Positions 37,851 through 48,247 of a stretch of 64,000 nucleotides of DNA are shown piece by piece; position 1 is the stretch's first letter; every line of letters begins with the position of its first letter. Source of the stretch: Methanocorpusculaceae archaeon UBA425 (GTDB taxonomy: Archaea > Halobacteriota > Methanomicrobia > Methanomicrobiales > Methanocorpusculaceae). Made by a program: the position numbers and the translations under genes. The stretch lies in NCBI GenBank assembly GCA_002506085.1, contig DAWV01000017.1, positions 2,602-66,601 of the forward strand. The letters are read 5' to 3'. The notes under the pieces were generated by a model, which did not search any database, was not told the DNA's origin, and saw only the letters and a program-made list of their open reading frames with translations.

Positions 37851-38981
37851 TCAGATACTTATCAGGAATTCTTTCAGGACTTTCATCTTTGCGAGCCAGT
37901 CCAGATGTGTCTCTGCATATTCACGCATCTTTTTGTGATGGTTTGAATCCTCCATTACTCTTTCTGCAAATGCAAGCACGAGATTCATATCAATCGGTTC
38001 TTCAGTTGCGGGAACCATCTGAATATATTCCCAGTTTTCAGGGAAATCCGAGTCTTTGGATGCCATCATGAAAGGAATCCCCCGTGCACAATATTCCCTG
38101 GATTTGAGAGAGGATAATTCATTTAAGTTTACTCTGAATCCTGCCAGAGATCCAATGGCTATATGACACTGATTAAACATAGTGTCAAGTTCTTTGCCGG
38201 ACCTGAACCCGTAGAAGGTAACCTTTGATTCAAGATGAAGTGCGGCGGCGAGGGATTTAATATTGGGAAGTTCCTCTCCGTCGCCAACGATATGGAGATG
38301 GATTTTTCTATGACCTGTGTAATCCTTCAGACTCATAATGAAACGGTCGAGACCGTGCCAATAGGCGACTCCGGCAACGCAAAGCACATGGCACTCATCC
38401 TGCAGTCCCGGCGGATGCCTCATTGGTATCGATGACACCTCAACCCCGTTTCCAAGAGTAAGATACCGGAGTCTGTTCCCGGTAACTGTACGATTGTGAT
38501 CGGTTATTTCATTCGTAACAGAAACAACGGCATTCGCACGGGATTTAATAAATTTTTCCAAAAGGATTACGCAGGCTGTCTGAAATGCCTTGTGTAGTTT
38601 ATATTTGAAATATATCTGCCGGGATGGACGAAGTTCATCCTTTTCAATAGCCTGTATCTCAAAAACGACTTTCGGGGTTCTCTGCATCGACAGGAGAAAT
38701 GCATCAAGCAGGTAAATCGACACCCCGCGGATATAAATGCAGTCATCTTCGGTATATTCACGCAGGGCTTTTTTGTAGGCGGTGAACGTATTATATGCCA
38801 GGTCTATTCGTCCGGGGATTCCTCCGCGTTCTGATGAGCAGCCCGCGAGCTCTACATTCACGCCAAGTGTTCTCAAACAGCGAACCTGAGCCAATATCTT
38901 TTTTTCTATGCCGGTTCTATCACGTTTTTCCTTGTTCTTATAATAATCACCGGCAATATAACATACTCGCATGATTTTCAA
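37851..38981 (-). CDS. GT4 glycosyltransferase
   Basis: GNGV, WHGLDR, VGDGEE, SSLKSREYCARG.P. Confidence 0.85.
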   Translation of the reverse strand: MKIMRVCYIAGDYYKNKEKRDRTGIEKKILAQVRCLRTLGVNVELAGCSSERGGIPGRIDLAYNTFTAYKKALREYTEDDCIYIRGVSIYLLDAFLLSMQRTPKVVFEIQAIEKDELRPSRQIYFKYKLHKAFQTACVILLEKFIKSRANAVVSVTNEITDHNRTVTGNRLRYLTLGNGVEVSSIPMRHPPGLQDECHVLCVAGVAYWHGLDRFIMSLKDYTGHRKIHLHIVGDGEELPNIKSLAAALHLESKVTFYGFRSGKELDTMFNQCHIAIGSLAGFRVNLNELSSLKSREYCARGIPFMMASKDSDFPENWEYIQMVPATEEPIDMNLVLAFAERVMEDSNHHKKMREYAETHLDWLAKMKVLKEFLISI

Positions 38982-39051
38982 TTACTATGCATCTCCTGTA
39001 TGCCTGATTTTATCTGAAAAACCGGCTGTATCGAATAAGAGAACAGAGGAT

Positions 39052-40239
39052 TCATAGATATTTCCCATATACTGCAAGAATTTCCTTAGTTACTGTGTCC
39101 AAGGTAAAGTGTTGAGCATATTCATGTATCGCCTGACTGTCCCATTCAGTATTCAGTGCCAGAATAATCTTTTTGGATAAGTCAGCCGGATTTTCCGGCT
39201 CACACAGCAATCCATAGGCATCATCAATCAGAATTTCGGGAATTCCTCCCGCATTTGACGCAACAACCGGTTTCCCGCATGCCAGTGCCTCGATATTCAC
39301 GACGCCGAAGCTTTCATTCAGACTGGGCAGCACAAATATATCGCATGCATTCATCCACAAGGGAATTTCCGCATGCGGTTTCGCCCCGGGCATTATAACA
39401 GAGCCCTGCAGTCCAAGGTCGGCTATCTTCTTCTGCAATGCAGGATACAACTCCCCGCTGCCGACAATAACACACAAAACATCGGGATGCATACGTTTTA
39501 TCTCCATCATCGCCTCAATAAGAATCCATTGTCCCTTATCCCTGTTACAGTTCCCGACGGTCAGAATTATTTTTCTATCCGCCGGAAGCCCGAGGGTATT
39601 TCTGCTCTCTTCCCGGGAAGTCGGATGAAACTGCCTGGCATTGAACCCGTTCGGAATAACGGATACGGGCGTCTCAACACCCAGTTTCTGCAGGCATTCC
39701 AGATTCGTCCTGCTCACAGTAATGATATGGTCGGCTGCATTCAGAACCTGACAGATCCGTTTTTTCCAGGCAGCACTTCTGAACGGGATGTCATACACAT
39801 CATATCCGTGACCGGTAACAATGAACGGAACACCATACTTCTCTTTCAGTCTCATACCCGCATATCCTGAAGACCAGATAAAGTGGGCATGCATCAATGA
39901 AGGAGGTGCGATTTTTTCATCTCTGATCACTTTCCCGACTGCCCGGAAATGGCGTTCACCCATCCGCTGATAATCAAAATCGAGCGGGAGATAGGTAACC
40001 GGAGTCTGATACACATGACAATTCCGGGGCAGGCTGACGCGGTTTATTTTCGCATCGGGTGCTATGTTTCTGAATCTCCCAGGAGAGATACGGGATGCCG
40101 CCGCGAACAGAGGATTTGTTCTGACAAAGGTATGAATTTCGGATTTCTGAAGCGGGATATTCTCGATTTGATCCTTCTGGAATGCTGTATAAGAATGGCA
40201 AATATAATATATCGGGGATAAATCCGTCACTGAACTCAT
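39052..40239 (-). CDS. GT4 glycosyltransferase (TuaC-like)
   Basis: HAHF..SG, VTGHGYD, IPNG, LPSLNESFGVVNIEALACG. Start moved to MSSV (40239). Confidence 0.88.
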   Translation of the reverse strand: MSSVTDLSPIYYICHSYTAFQKDQIENIPLQKSEIHTFVRTNPLFAAASRISPGRFRNIAPDAKINRVSLPRNCHVYQTPVTYLPLDFDYQRMGERHFRAVGKVIRDEKIAPPSLMHAHFIWSSGYAGMRLKEKYGVPFIVTGHGYDVYDIPFRSAAWKKRICQVLNAADHIITVSRTNLECLQKLGVETPVSVIPNGFNARQFHPTSREESRNTLGLPADRKIILTVGNCNRDKGQWILIEAMMEIKRMHPDVLCVIVGSGELYPALQKKIADLGLQGSVIMPGAKPHAEIPLWMNACDIFVLPSLNESFGVVNIEALACGKPVVASNAGGIPEILIDDAYGLLCEPENPADLSKKIILALNTEWDSQAIHEYAQHFTLDTVTKEILAVYGKYL

Positions 40240-40332
40240 ATGATTCACCGCTATCCTCTGAAATATGAATCTGTAATGCACGGGATTACATTCAATCGTG
40301 TCCGCCGCACGGATACCCTGAATCTCATTGTA

Positions 40333-42144
40333 TCACACCGGTTCCGGAGAAACATTCCTCAGCCACAACTCCAGATTCACCCATTTCCAGATAGTATCTC
40401 CGATATTTATCGTACCTGCTTTATGCTTGTCATACATTTCTCTCACAATCGCATATTTCCAGTAGGGACGGCCCTTAAATGAATTCGAAGAGATGATTTC
40501 ATCACAGAAAGCAGTCACACCGCGATCACGGAAAATTGCATCCGACGGCCCTTCAAATCCCACTTTATCCGTCCGTGCGGATATTTTTTCAGGAAGGATG
40601 TCCTTCATCGCCTGTTTAAAGCAATATTTTGTCTCTCCGGCATGAATCATTTCTTTGGACGAGAGAGAGAGGGAATACTCATAGAGGTCCCTGTCGAGAA
40701 ACGGGGGGCGGCTTTCGATACCCCATCTCATGGAGTTTTTATCTTCCCATGAAAGAAGATGAGGAATTGCCGTATTCTTCATGGTCAGATTAAGAATATC
40801 CCGAAGCGTCTGTTTTTTCCATCGCGGGTCTTTGGGATCATTTGTAATGCTCAGATGATAGGAGGAGTTGACCCAGGGTACAAACCTGTTATAACAGATG
40901 GAACGCTGGATGCCGGCAGGCAGGTTCTGGAATAAAAACAGGGCATGCGGATACAATGATTTTTTCTGGCGGTAATATTCTGCCATTTCTGAGATGAGCG
41001 TTCCTATTTTCAATGAATGTGCTAACTCGTGGAAATAATTCGCAAAGTAATAGACATACCCTCCGAACAATTCATCTCCCCCCTGTCCGTCAAGAAGCAC
41101 TTTTATACCATGTTCAGCTGCCAGCTGCATAACACGATACTGGCAGTAGACACTGATTCCGGTAACCGGCTCCTCCTGTGTTTTGATAAAATCTTCCATT
41201 GATGCAAGAAATGTCTCCGGGGAAATTGTCGTTGTGTACTGGAACGTGCGGGTATGTTTTCCAACTTCCCTGATGTACGTACTTTCATCATTGACAAATC
41301 CGGGCACTATCAGGGAAAAAGTCGGGAACTCCCCGGGCAGGTGCTTATTCAGCATACAGACAATAGCCGATGAATCAGTGCCGCCGCTCAGGCAGCTGCC
41401 TACTGCAACATCAGCGATTGTTCTGTTTTGAACACTTTTTTCAAATAAATCATGAATATCTTTCAGGGTTTCATTGCCAGTTCCTGGTTTCGGCTGATAC
41501 CAGCGCCGAATGTCAAATGATTTCTTCAGCAGATCATACTCCATCAGACATCCGGGTTCCAGACGGAGAATATTGGAGAAGAATGTTTCATTGGTGTGAT
41601 TTAGGAGGTTGAAGGACAGATACTCCATAATCATTCTGTTGTTCGGCGGTGCCGGAATATCATGACATCTGACGGCATCAATCATCGACGAGAAGATAAA
41701 CCGGTCTTTATCTGCATAATAATACAGAGGTTTGATACCGAACTGATCTCTGGAGATTACCAGGTTCTTCTTTTTCCTGTCATATATGCAGAATGCCCAC
41801 ATCCCGTCAAACAGGGAAAAACAGTCGGGACCCCAGGCATCATAGGCTTTCAGAACGACTTCCGTATCACAGTCGCTTGAGAAGTCATATCCTTTTTTAA
41901 TCAGATCATCACGTATCTGCTGATAATTATACACTTCTCCATTATACGTGATAACCAGATCCCCGTATTCCATCGGCTGATGCCCTCTTTCTGAGAGATC
42001 AAGTATAGCGAGACGGGTGTGACCGAGCGACACGGATTCGTCCAGATAAATATCATTTCCATCTGGTCCGCGATGCCGGTTGCAGTAATTCATCTTTTTA
42101 ATTAATACCTCATTTTTTCCGGTAAATCCTGAAATTCCACACAT
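40333..42144 (-). CDS. asnB: Asparagine synthase (glutamine-hydrolysing)-family amidotransferase
   Basis: N-terminal MCG, HRGPD, YNGE.YN, RD.FGIKPLYY, LSGGTDSS, LDGQGGDE. In a glycan cluster, so probably a sugar amidotransferase. Confidence 0.9.
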   Translation of the reverse strand: MCGISGFTGKNEVLIKKMNYCNRHRGPDGNDIYLDESVSLGHTRLAILDLSERGHQPMEYGDLVITYNGEVYNYQQIRDDLIKKGYDFSSDCDTEVVLKAYDAWGPDCFSLFDGMWAFCIYDRKKKNLVISRDQFGIKPLYYYADKDRFIFSSMIDAVRCHDIPAPPNNRMIMEYLSFNLLNHTNETFFSNILRLEPGCLMEYDLLKKSFDIRRWYQPKPGTGNETLKDIHDLFEKSVQNRTIADVAVGSCLSGGTDSSAIVCMLNKHLPGEFPTFSLIVPGFVNDESTYIREVGKHTRTFQYTTTISPETFLASMEDFIKTQEEPVTGISVYCQYRVMQLAAEHGIKVLLDGQGGDELFGGYVYYFANYFHELAHSLKIGTLISEMAEYYRQKKSLYPHALFLFQNLPAGIQRSICYNRFVPWVNSSYHLSITNDPKDPRWKKQTLRDILNLTMKNTAIPHLLSWEDKNSMRWGIESRPPFLDRDLYEYSLSLSSKEMIHAGETKYCFKQAMKDILPEKISARTDKVGFEGPSDAIFRDRGVTAFCDEIISSNSFKGRPYWKYAIVREMYDKHKAGTINIGDTIWKWVNLELWLRNVSPEPV

Positions 42145-42153
42145 TTTATTCTC

Positions 42154-42786
42154 CTAAATAATCATCTGAATGCACTCAAAGGACTCTGCATATTCTGAAT
42201 TCACATTAAGTCCATGGGTTCTCGCTAATGCCGTTACATATTCTTTGGAAAAATATGCTTTTTTAGACTGGGACACATATCTCTCCAGGGCCTTCATTTT
42301 CAAGTCAAGACATTTCTGTGACAAAACAACATTGATGTCATTCTTAAAACCCAGATTATTCCAGGGATGCTCCATGCCGAGAATGGTGGCGCTCTTCTTG
42401 AATGCCCGAAGAGATTCCATATATATCACCCGGTGGTCCTGGTGAACGTCAAATGAAGAGGGGGTGAAGATTATATCAGGCTGAATTTCTTTTTTCAGCA
42501 CAAGCATATTTTCGAGAATCTGCTGCCGGTATTCCGGGAAATTCCTGACTTCATATCTGAGTAAGGCTACATTATTTTTCGGGATTCCGAGAACCTTTGT
42601 TGCTGCCAGACATTCATGCTGTAAAACATCAGGCGGATACCCGGCAGGAACGGATTTTTCACAAATGGAAAATGCTGTATAAAAAATCTCATTCCCTTCC
42701 TCAAGCAGCCGTGCAAGAGTCCCGCCGGCAGACAATTCCCCATCGTCGGTGTGAGGTGAAAGAACTAATATGCGTATTTTAGTCAT
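42154..42786 (-). CDS. PIG-L/LmbE-family N-deacetylase
   Basis: SPHTDDGELSAGG and DVHQDH motifs. Confidence 0.88.
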   Translation of the reverse strand: MTKIRILVLSPHTDDGELSAGGTLARLLEEGNEIFYTAFSICEKSVPAGYPPDVLQHECLAATKVLGIPKNNVALLRYEVRNFPEYRQQILENMLVLKKEIQPDIIFTPSSFDVHQDHRVIYMESLRAFKKSATILGMEHPWNNLGFKNDINVVLSQKCLDLKMKALERYVSQSKKAYFSKEYVTALARTHGLNVNSEYAESFECIQMII

Positions 42787-43825
42787 GGATACCACACTTT
42801 TCTACAAAAATCATGAGCTCACCGGCAGCATCCCGGTTATCAGCCATAATTCTCTCCCGGATCTCTTTTCCTTCCTGCTTCAGGCGGGGATTTTTCAGAA
42901 GAGCATCCACACGGTCAAGAATCTCCTTTTCATTATTATATGCCCATAATATGCCGTATCCGCACAGATATTTGAGGACGCCGTTTACATGACTCCCGTC
43001 TTTTCGTATGACCTCCGGGTCCATTAATACCGATTGTGTTCCAAGACACGCTGCTTCCGTTGCCATTGTCGGGCTCTCCCCGACAAACAGTGTTGCATAA
43101 TACATCAGATCATGGATTTTTTCCGGAGAAACCGTAATCTGATATTTTTTCAGCGAATTAGGAAGCTCATTTTCTGCGGTGATGAATATTCTGCCGTAAC
43201 GCTCCATTTTCCGGATAAAAGCAGTCCGGTCGGAAATCCCCGTATGCCCGGCATCATGGACAGCATCCCAGGAGGTGAACCTCACGATAAAAAACTCCTC
43301 CCCGGGTGAGAGTCCCAATTGTTTTAATATATCCGGATTTGGTTTGAAACGGTCCGGATGAAGATACAGTAAATCTGTGGTCCCCTGAAATCGATACTGT
43401 TTTTTGCCGAAATCTGTTTGAAATGCGGCAGGTGTGAGAATCGCCGAGGCAAAATGCTTATAGAGCATCTGTCCCAGAACTGCCTGTTCGGTGTCATCAA
43501 GAATAACGGATTTTTTCCCCAGGAGCCATCCGGCATGTGCAGCACGAACGGACCCGAATCCAATGAAGAGATCAGGGTGAAAATCTCTCACGGCTTTCAG
43601 CATTCTCCAGTCAAGTACCGGCAGATACAGTATTTTCCTGATGATACCTTTCCCGTAACTACCAAGCAGAACATAGGGTATATCATAGGCATCTAACAAC
43701 TGTCGTGCTATATCCTTGTCGCTTACTGTCACCAGGATGGTGTGCCCCTTCTTTTCCATCTCCCGTATAAAATATTTGAAGTAATGGACATGCGCAGGAT
43801 GATTAATATCTACAACAATCCGCAT
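42779..43825 (-). CDS. DUF354-family (GT-B-like) protein
   Basis: DINHPAHVHYFK, DDTE, VRF..WDA.HD, GESPTMATEAA.LG. Confidence 0.8.
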   Translation of the reverse strand: MRIVVDINHPAHVHYFKYFIREMEKKGHTILVTVSDKDIARQLLDAYDIPYVLLGSYGKGIIRKILYLPVLDWRMLKAVRDFHPDLFIGFGSVRAAHAGWLLGKKSVILDDTEQAVLGQMLYKHFASAILTPAAFQTDFGKKQYRFQGTTDLLYLHPDRFKPNPDILKQLGLSPGEEFFIVRFTSWDAVHDAGHTGISDRTAFIRKMERYGRIFITAENELPNSLKKYQITVSPEKIHDLMYYATLFVGESPTMATEAACLGTQSVLMDPEVIRKDGSHVNGVLKYLCGYGILWAYNNEKEILDRVDALLKNPRLKQEGKEIRERIMADNRDAAGELMIFVEKCGIHD

Positions 43826-43841
43826 AGGAGACCTCCGGTTA

Positions 43842-44798
43842 TTAATACCATCCATAGTCTCCATTCTCTGCCTGCATATCGAACAGCATCGCAAAGAACA
43901 GGAACATCAGTCCGAGCGTGAATATAATCAGGGAAAGCATGCCGTGATCGAATAGCACATTCTCACCAAGGGCAATCTTCTCAACGAGTGTGATAATGCC
44001 GCCGGCTAAGCCGATCAGACAGAATATCACGCCGAAAAGGTAGTAAAACACCAGAGGATGGAAGCCGTGAACGATATATTTCATTTTCAGACGCCACAGA
44101 AAATCCCTGATCAGAAGATAGGATACTTTCCGGATATATGTCATATATTTTATGCCGGATTTTTCCCGGCCGTACCGTGCCGGATGCGGGACATTCCGCA
44201 TTCGAAAACCATAGACATTCAGCCGTACCATAAGATCATTACAGTACCCGTATCTGGGATATATCGCATCTAACGAGACTGTCTCCAGCGCTCTTCTGGT
44301 AATCGCCGTATAGCCATTCTGCGGGTCAGACATCTGCCAGTATCCGGATGCAATTTTCGTCAGGAAGGTGAGAACTGCATTGCCGAAAAAACGCCACTTG
44401 CTCATACCATGACGATAATTCGGGTTGGTCAGACGGTTCCCGACCGTATAATCCACTTTTCCGGCAATAATGGGATCCAGAAGTTTCGGGAGGAAAGCAG
44501 GATCCATCTGATTGTCTCCTGCCATTACAGCCGTTATCATCATACAGTCCGCAAGCGATGCACGATATCCGGTAACGATTGCAGCCCCGACTCCCCGATT
44601 CACTTCATGAGATAATGAAACGACCCGGGAATCCTTTGGGATATAAGCATCAATCCGTTCCTGTGTTTTGTCTTTGGAACAGTCATTTACCACATATATT
44701 TTATCGATGAAATCCGGTATCGATTCCAGTGTCTCAACGATTAACAGTTCTTCGTTATAGGCAGGAACAACAACGGATACCGTATGCTCTTTATACAT
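43842..44798 (-). CDS. GT2 glycosyltransferase with two C-terminal TM helices
   Basis: VVVPAYNEE, VVNDCSKD, MAGDNQMDP, DPQNGYTA. Confidence 0.9.
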   Translation of the reverse strand: MYKEHTVSVVVPAYNEELLIVETLESIPDFIDKIYVVNDCSKDKTQERIDAYIPKDSRVVSLSHEVNRGVGAAIVTGYRASLADCMMITAVMAGDNQMDPAFLPKLLDPIIAGKVDYTVGNRLTNPNYRHGMSKWRFFGNAVLTFLTKIASGYWQMSDPQNGYTAITRRALETVSLDAIYPRYGYCNDLMVRLNVYGFRMRNVPHPARYGREKSGIKYMTYIRKVSYLLIRDFLWRLKMKYIVHGFHPLVFYYLFGVIFCLIGLAGGIITLVEKIALGENVLFDHGMLSLIIFTLGLMFLFFAMLFDMQAENGDYGWY

Positions 44799-45206
44799 TA
44801 CTACACACCATACCACACCTATTGGTGTTTTCTAATCTGTCTGCACATGACTTATAGATTGTCCCGGAAGAGAGGACGACCGTCCGCTGTTTTCCTGGAA
44901 TTTCTGCGCGAAATTCCGGGAGTAAACTGGTCTTCACCGGCAGAACACCAAATAACCTACAAATAGTTCAATTACATGAACAACTATAACTACTATTCGA
45001 GTATGATTCCTATTTTCGGTCTATCGCAGATAATAAAGAGGTCTCCGTCACACGGAACAGCCGCACTCTGTATGAGGTCAAATCAGGAACGGTTGAATCG
45101 GTTCGCGGGTATGACCGTATTACATATGCGCGATGCAGAACATCAGGGTAAACGCGTCCATGCAGTATGAATCTCATTTTCCCCGATTGTCCCTATGGAG
45201 TCTCTC

Positions 45207-46286
45207 ATGAAATTTGTCACAATCGTAGGTGCCCGGCCGCAGTTCATCAAGTGTGCTGCGGTATCCCGTGTTTTGAGAAAAAAACACACCGAAATCCTCG
45301 TACATACCGGTCAGCATTATGATTATGGGATGTCCGAGGTATTTTTCAAAGAGCTGGACATTCCGACCCCGGATTATAATCTTGGAATAGGTTCCGGGTC
45401 GCATGGTCATCAGACCGGGGCGATGCTCGCAGCAATTGAAGATATTCTGATACATGAAGAGCCTGATATGCTTCTTGTGTACGGAGATACCAACTCGACT
45501 GTTGCAGGAGCCTTGGCCGCGGCCAAGCTTCATATTCCGGTTGTGCATGTCGAAGCCGGGCTTCGTTCATTCGATCGGAGAATGCCTGAAGAAATCAACC
45601 GGGTAATAACGGATCACCTATCCGGCATTTTGTTCTGTCCGACCCTGACCGCTGTCAGGAATCTGAAATCAGAGGGAATAGTCGACGGGGTTTATCATGT
45701 GGGCGATGTCATGACGGATGCCGTATTATTCAACCGGCAGCGGGCAGAAAAGCAGTCACGCATTCTCGATGAGGCGGGGCTGCTCCCGAAAAACTATGTT
45801 ACAGCAACAATTCACCGGCCGTCTAATACCGATTCCGCGGATAACATGCGGGCTATCTTAGCTGCCTTTGGATCCTGCGGCAAAACAGTCGTCTTCCCGA
45901 TTCATCCGAGAACACGCAAATATTTACATGAATACAATCTGACCGTCCCGGAAAGTGTTATTCTCACAGATCCTCTGGGATATCTCGATATGCTGCAGGT
46001 TATGGCAAATGCGGAAAGAATTATTACTGATTCCGGGGGTATACAAAAAGAAGCTTACCTGCTCAGAGTGCCTTGCGTTACTTTGCGTGAGAATACCGAA
46101 TGGATTGAAACCCTTGACGGCGGCTGGAACATCCTGATTCATTCAGCCAGCACATCAGAGATTACCAAAGCCCTCACTGAGCCAAGACATCCGGATTCAT
46201 GGATTCCGGTTTTTGGCGAGGGAGGCGGGGCTGAAAATATTGTCGAGTGCCTGGAAAAGCAGGAGAAAACATCTTTGTCAGCCTGA
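45207..46286 (+). CDS. wecB: UDP-N-acetylglucosamine 2-epimerase (non-hydrolysing)
   Basis: GARPQFIK, HTGQHYD, GDTNST, HVEAGLRS, TDSGGIQKEA. Confidence 0.93.
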   Translation: MKFVTIVGARPQFIKCAAVSRVLRKKHTEILVHTGQHYDYGMSEVFFKELDIPTPDYNLGIGSGSHGHQTGAMLAAIEDILIHEEPDMLLVYGDTNSTVAGALAAAKLHIPVVHVEAGLRSFDRRMPEEINRVITDHLSGILFCPTLTAVRNLKSEGIVDGVYHVGDVMTDAVLFNRQRAEKQSRILDEAGLLPKNYVTATIHRPSNTDSADNMRAILAAFGSCGKTVVFPIHPRTRKYLHEYNLTVPESVILTDPLGYLDMLQVMANAERIITDSGGIQKEAYLLRVPCVTLRENTEWIETLDGGWNILIHSASTSEITKALTEPRHPDSWIPVFGEGGGAENIVECLEKQEKTSLSA

Positions 46287-46301
46287 TGCCGGTCTGATTT
46301 T

Positions 46302-46337
46302 CACCTGTTTTCGGAGAGAGGAATCTGAAAACAGGTG
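46302..46337. terminator. Inverted repeat between convergent genes
   Basis: 11-bp perfect stem CACCTGTTTTC / GAAAACAGGTG between the wecB and deacetylase stops. Confidence 0.55.
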
Positions 46338-46346
46338 CCGTATCCC

Positions 46347-47390
46347 TCATTTTTCGGTAGTAAACCATTCATGGATATTTTTACCGCTTGTCATCCAGGC
46401 ATTCTTTTCATTGCAGTATGCGAGAATCTTTTCATACATCACCTGGTTTTCTGAATCTTTCACTAAGGACGAGTTGTGCCACAGGAGGGTAAAAACACCG
46501 TGCAGTTCTGCCGCCGTGTCAATCAGCCGGGTCATTAAAGAAAATGCATCTTCATTTGACAGGCGCATATATGTGTCCCATAAGGTCCCGTCCATTACCA
46601 CAAGGGGAATCTCCATGATGTCAATAAACTCCTCTGTTTTCAGATTATAGGGATAATACGGATGACACATGCCGTTTCGAAACCCTGCACAATCTGCATA
46701 TCCGATGGTTGCATCATATTTGAATCCGGCTTTTGCGAGATATTCCCAGGTATCCGGAACTTTGAATCTGAGGAAATGATTTCTATACCCTGTCACTGAT
46801 TTTCCAAAAGTCTCCTCCAGACGCTTTTTTTCCTCGGCTATTACGTCAAAGGAGTTCCATGCAGTATGACCTCCGTGAAGTCCCACCTCATACCCTCTCT
46901 GATCGATTTCTTTGAGTTCGTCCCGGACATCACGAATATCATACGAATAATCCGGGTCACCGGGTTTCAGAGCGAAAAAATAGAATGAGGAACGGGCGTT
47001 ATATTTTTCCTCCAGATCCATTATTTCCCGGAAGTTGAAATAGGGCTTCTTTTTCCGCGGGATGGCGGCGATGCCTGCCGCCAGCTTTGTCCAGTTTTTA
47101 TGTCTTACGAATTTCGCACAGGAAGAAAGACGGGAAATCAGCGGATTGTATATGACATCGATATCATGAGTCAGACAAACGGCAAAGTCCCTGTTATCCG
47201 GGTATTTTGGAGAATAACCCTGATTTACCAGGTACTCCGATACCCTGGCCGAGAAAATGTCCCGATGTCTGCTCTGGTAAAACATGAATCTCCCGAACTT
47301 GTCATGATTCAAAGCTGAATATTCCTCTGCGCGGGTATAATGGTCCCATAATTCATCCGGCAGCATCTTATCTAAATAATCCGGCAGCAT
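46347..47390 (-). CDS. Polysaccharide deacetylase-family protein
   Basis: LTHDID, SSFYF, EVGLHG, GYRNHFLRF, YDATIG, GFRNG.C.PY, LLWHN. Confidence 0.85.
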   Translation of the reverse strand: MLPDYLDKMLPDELWDHYTRAEEYSALNHDKFGRFMFYQSRHRDIFSARVSEYLVNQGYSPKYPDNRDFAVCLTHDIDVIYNPLISRLSSCAKFVRHKNWTKLAAGIAAIPRKKKPYFNFREIMDLEEKYNARSSFYFFALKPGDPDYSYDIRDVRDELKEIDQRGYEVGLHGGHTAWNSFDVIAEEKKRLEETFGKSVTGYRNHFLRFKVPDTWEYLAKAGFKYDATIGYADCAGFRNGMCHPYYPYNLKTEEFIDIMEIPLVVMDGTLWDTYMRLSNEDAFSLMTRLIDTAAELHGVFTLLWHNSSLVKDSENQVMYEKILAYCNEKNAWMTSGKNIHEWFTTEK

Positions 47391-48247
47391 TTTTCCTCAC
47401 AAAATTATGACCAATAATCCCGGGATTCTGCAGAAAAATATCTGATTGCATGGTATACACAAATCATACAGTCAAAGACACTGCTCCGTAACGATACATA
47501 GTATTCATGAAAATTCTCCACACCATAATTTACACCGCCATACAGATTCCGAATTGAAATCCAATAGCAATCGTATATTACGTTTTACCATTGAATATAT
47601 CTGTTGTCTGTTGGAACTGACAGGTTTCATTTGAAAAAAATTCATTGCAGTGGTAAAATGATTGTAAGACATTTTTGGAGCCGGAATCTCCCAAACAGCC
47701 GGGAAACCCGCCATCAAAAAATGATTTGATGCATTGTATAATATAGTGATAAATCTTTTACTTACATATAAGGGCAGTGCAGGTGTGTCATTAAAAGCGG
47801 AATAAAGTTGTCAGATTAAAACCAGAGTAATCGATTCTGATAAACCTGATGATGGTATTTTCATCAGTTATCATAATTGCACAGAGATTTATTCTCAGTC
47901 CTCATGCGTTCTTTTGAGCAGTTTGGATATATTGCAGCGTCAAATGCGGAGATTAGAAGAATTTCATTGAATCAGCCAGAGAAAACCATGCCTTTAATAC
48001 TTATCGAAATCAATCAGATTATTATCAAATCAGTCCTGTCGTTAATCCCTTTGCGTGAATATACGAATAAAATGAATGGAGCACATGTCTCCGTATGTAG
48101 TGACTGCTTTATCAAATCCTGTTCCTATGTGTGCCGCGGTCTGACGGGAGGAATGATTACTGCGGGAAACCCTGCATGGGCATGTAATCTTCCCGAATAT
48201 AAACAGAAAATGGGGATGAATTCGCCTTAAATCATCGGTGTCCTGGC

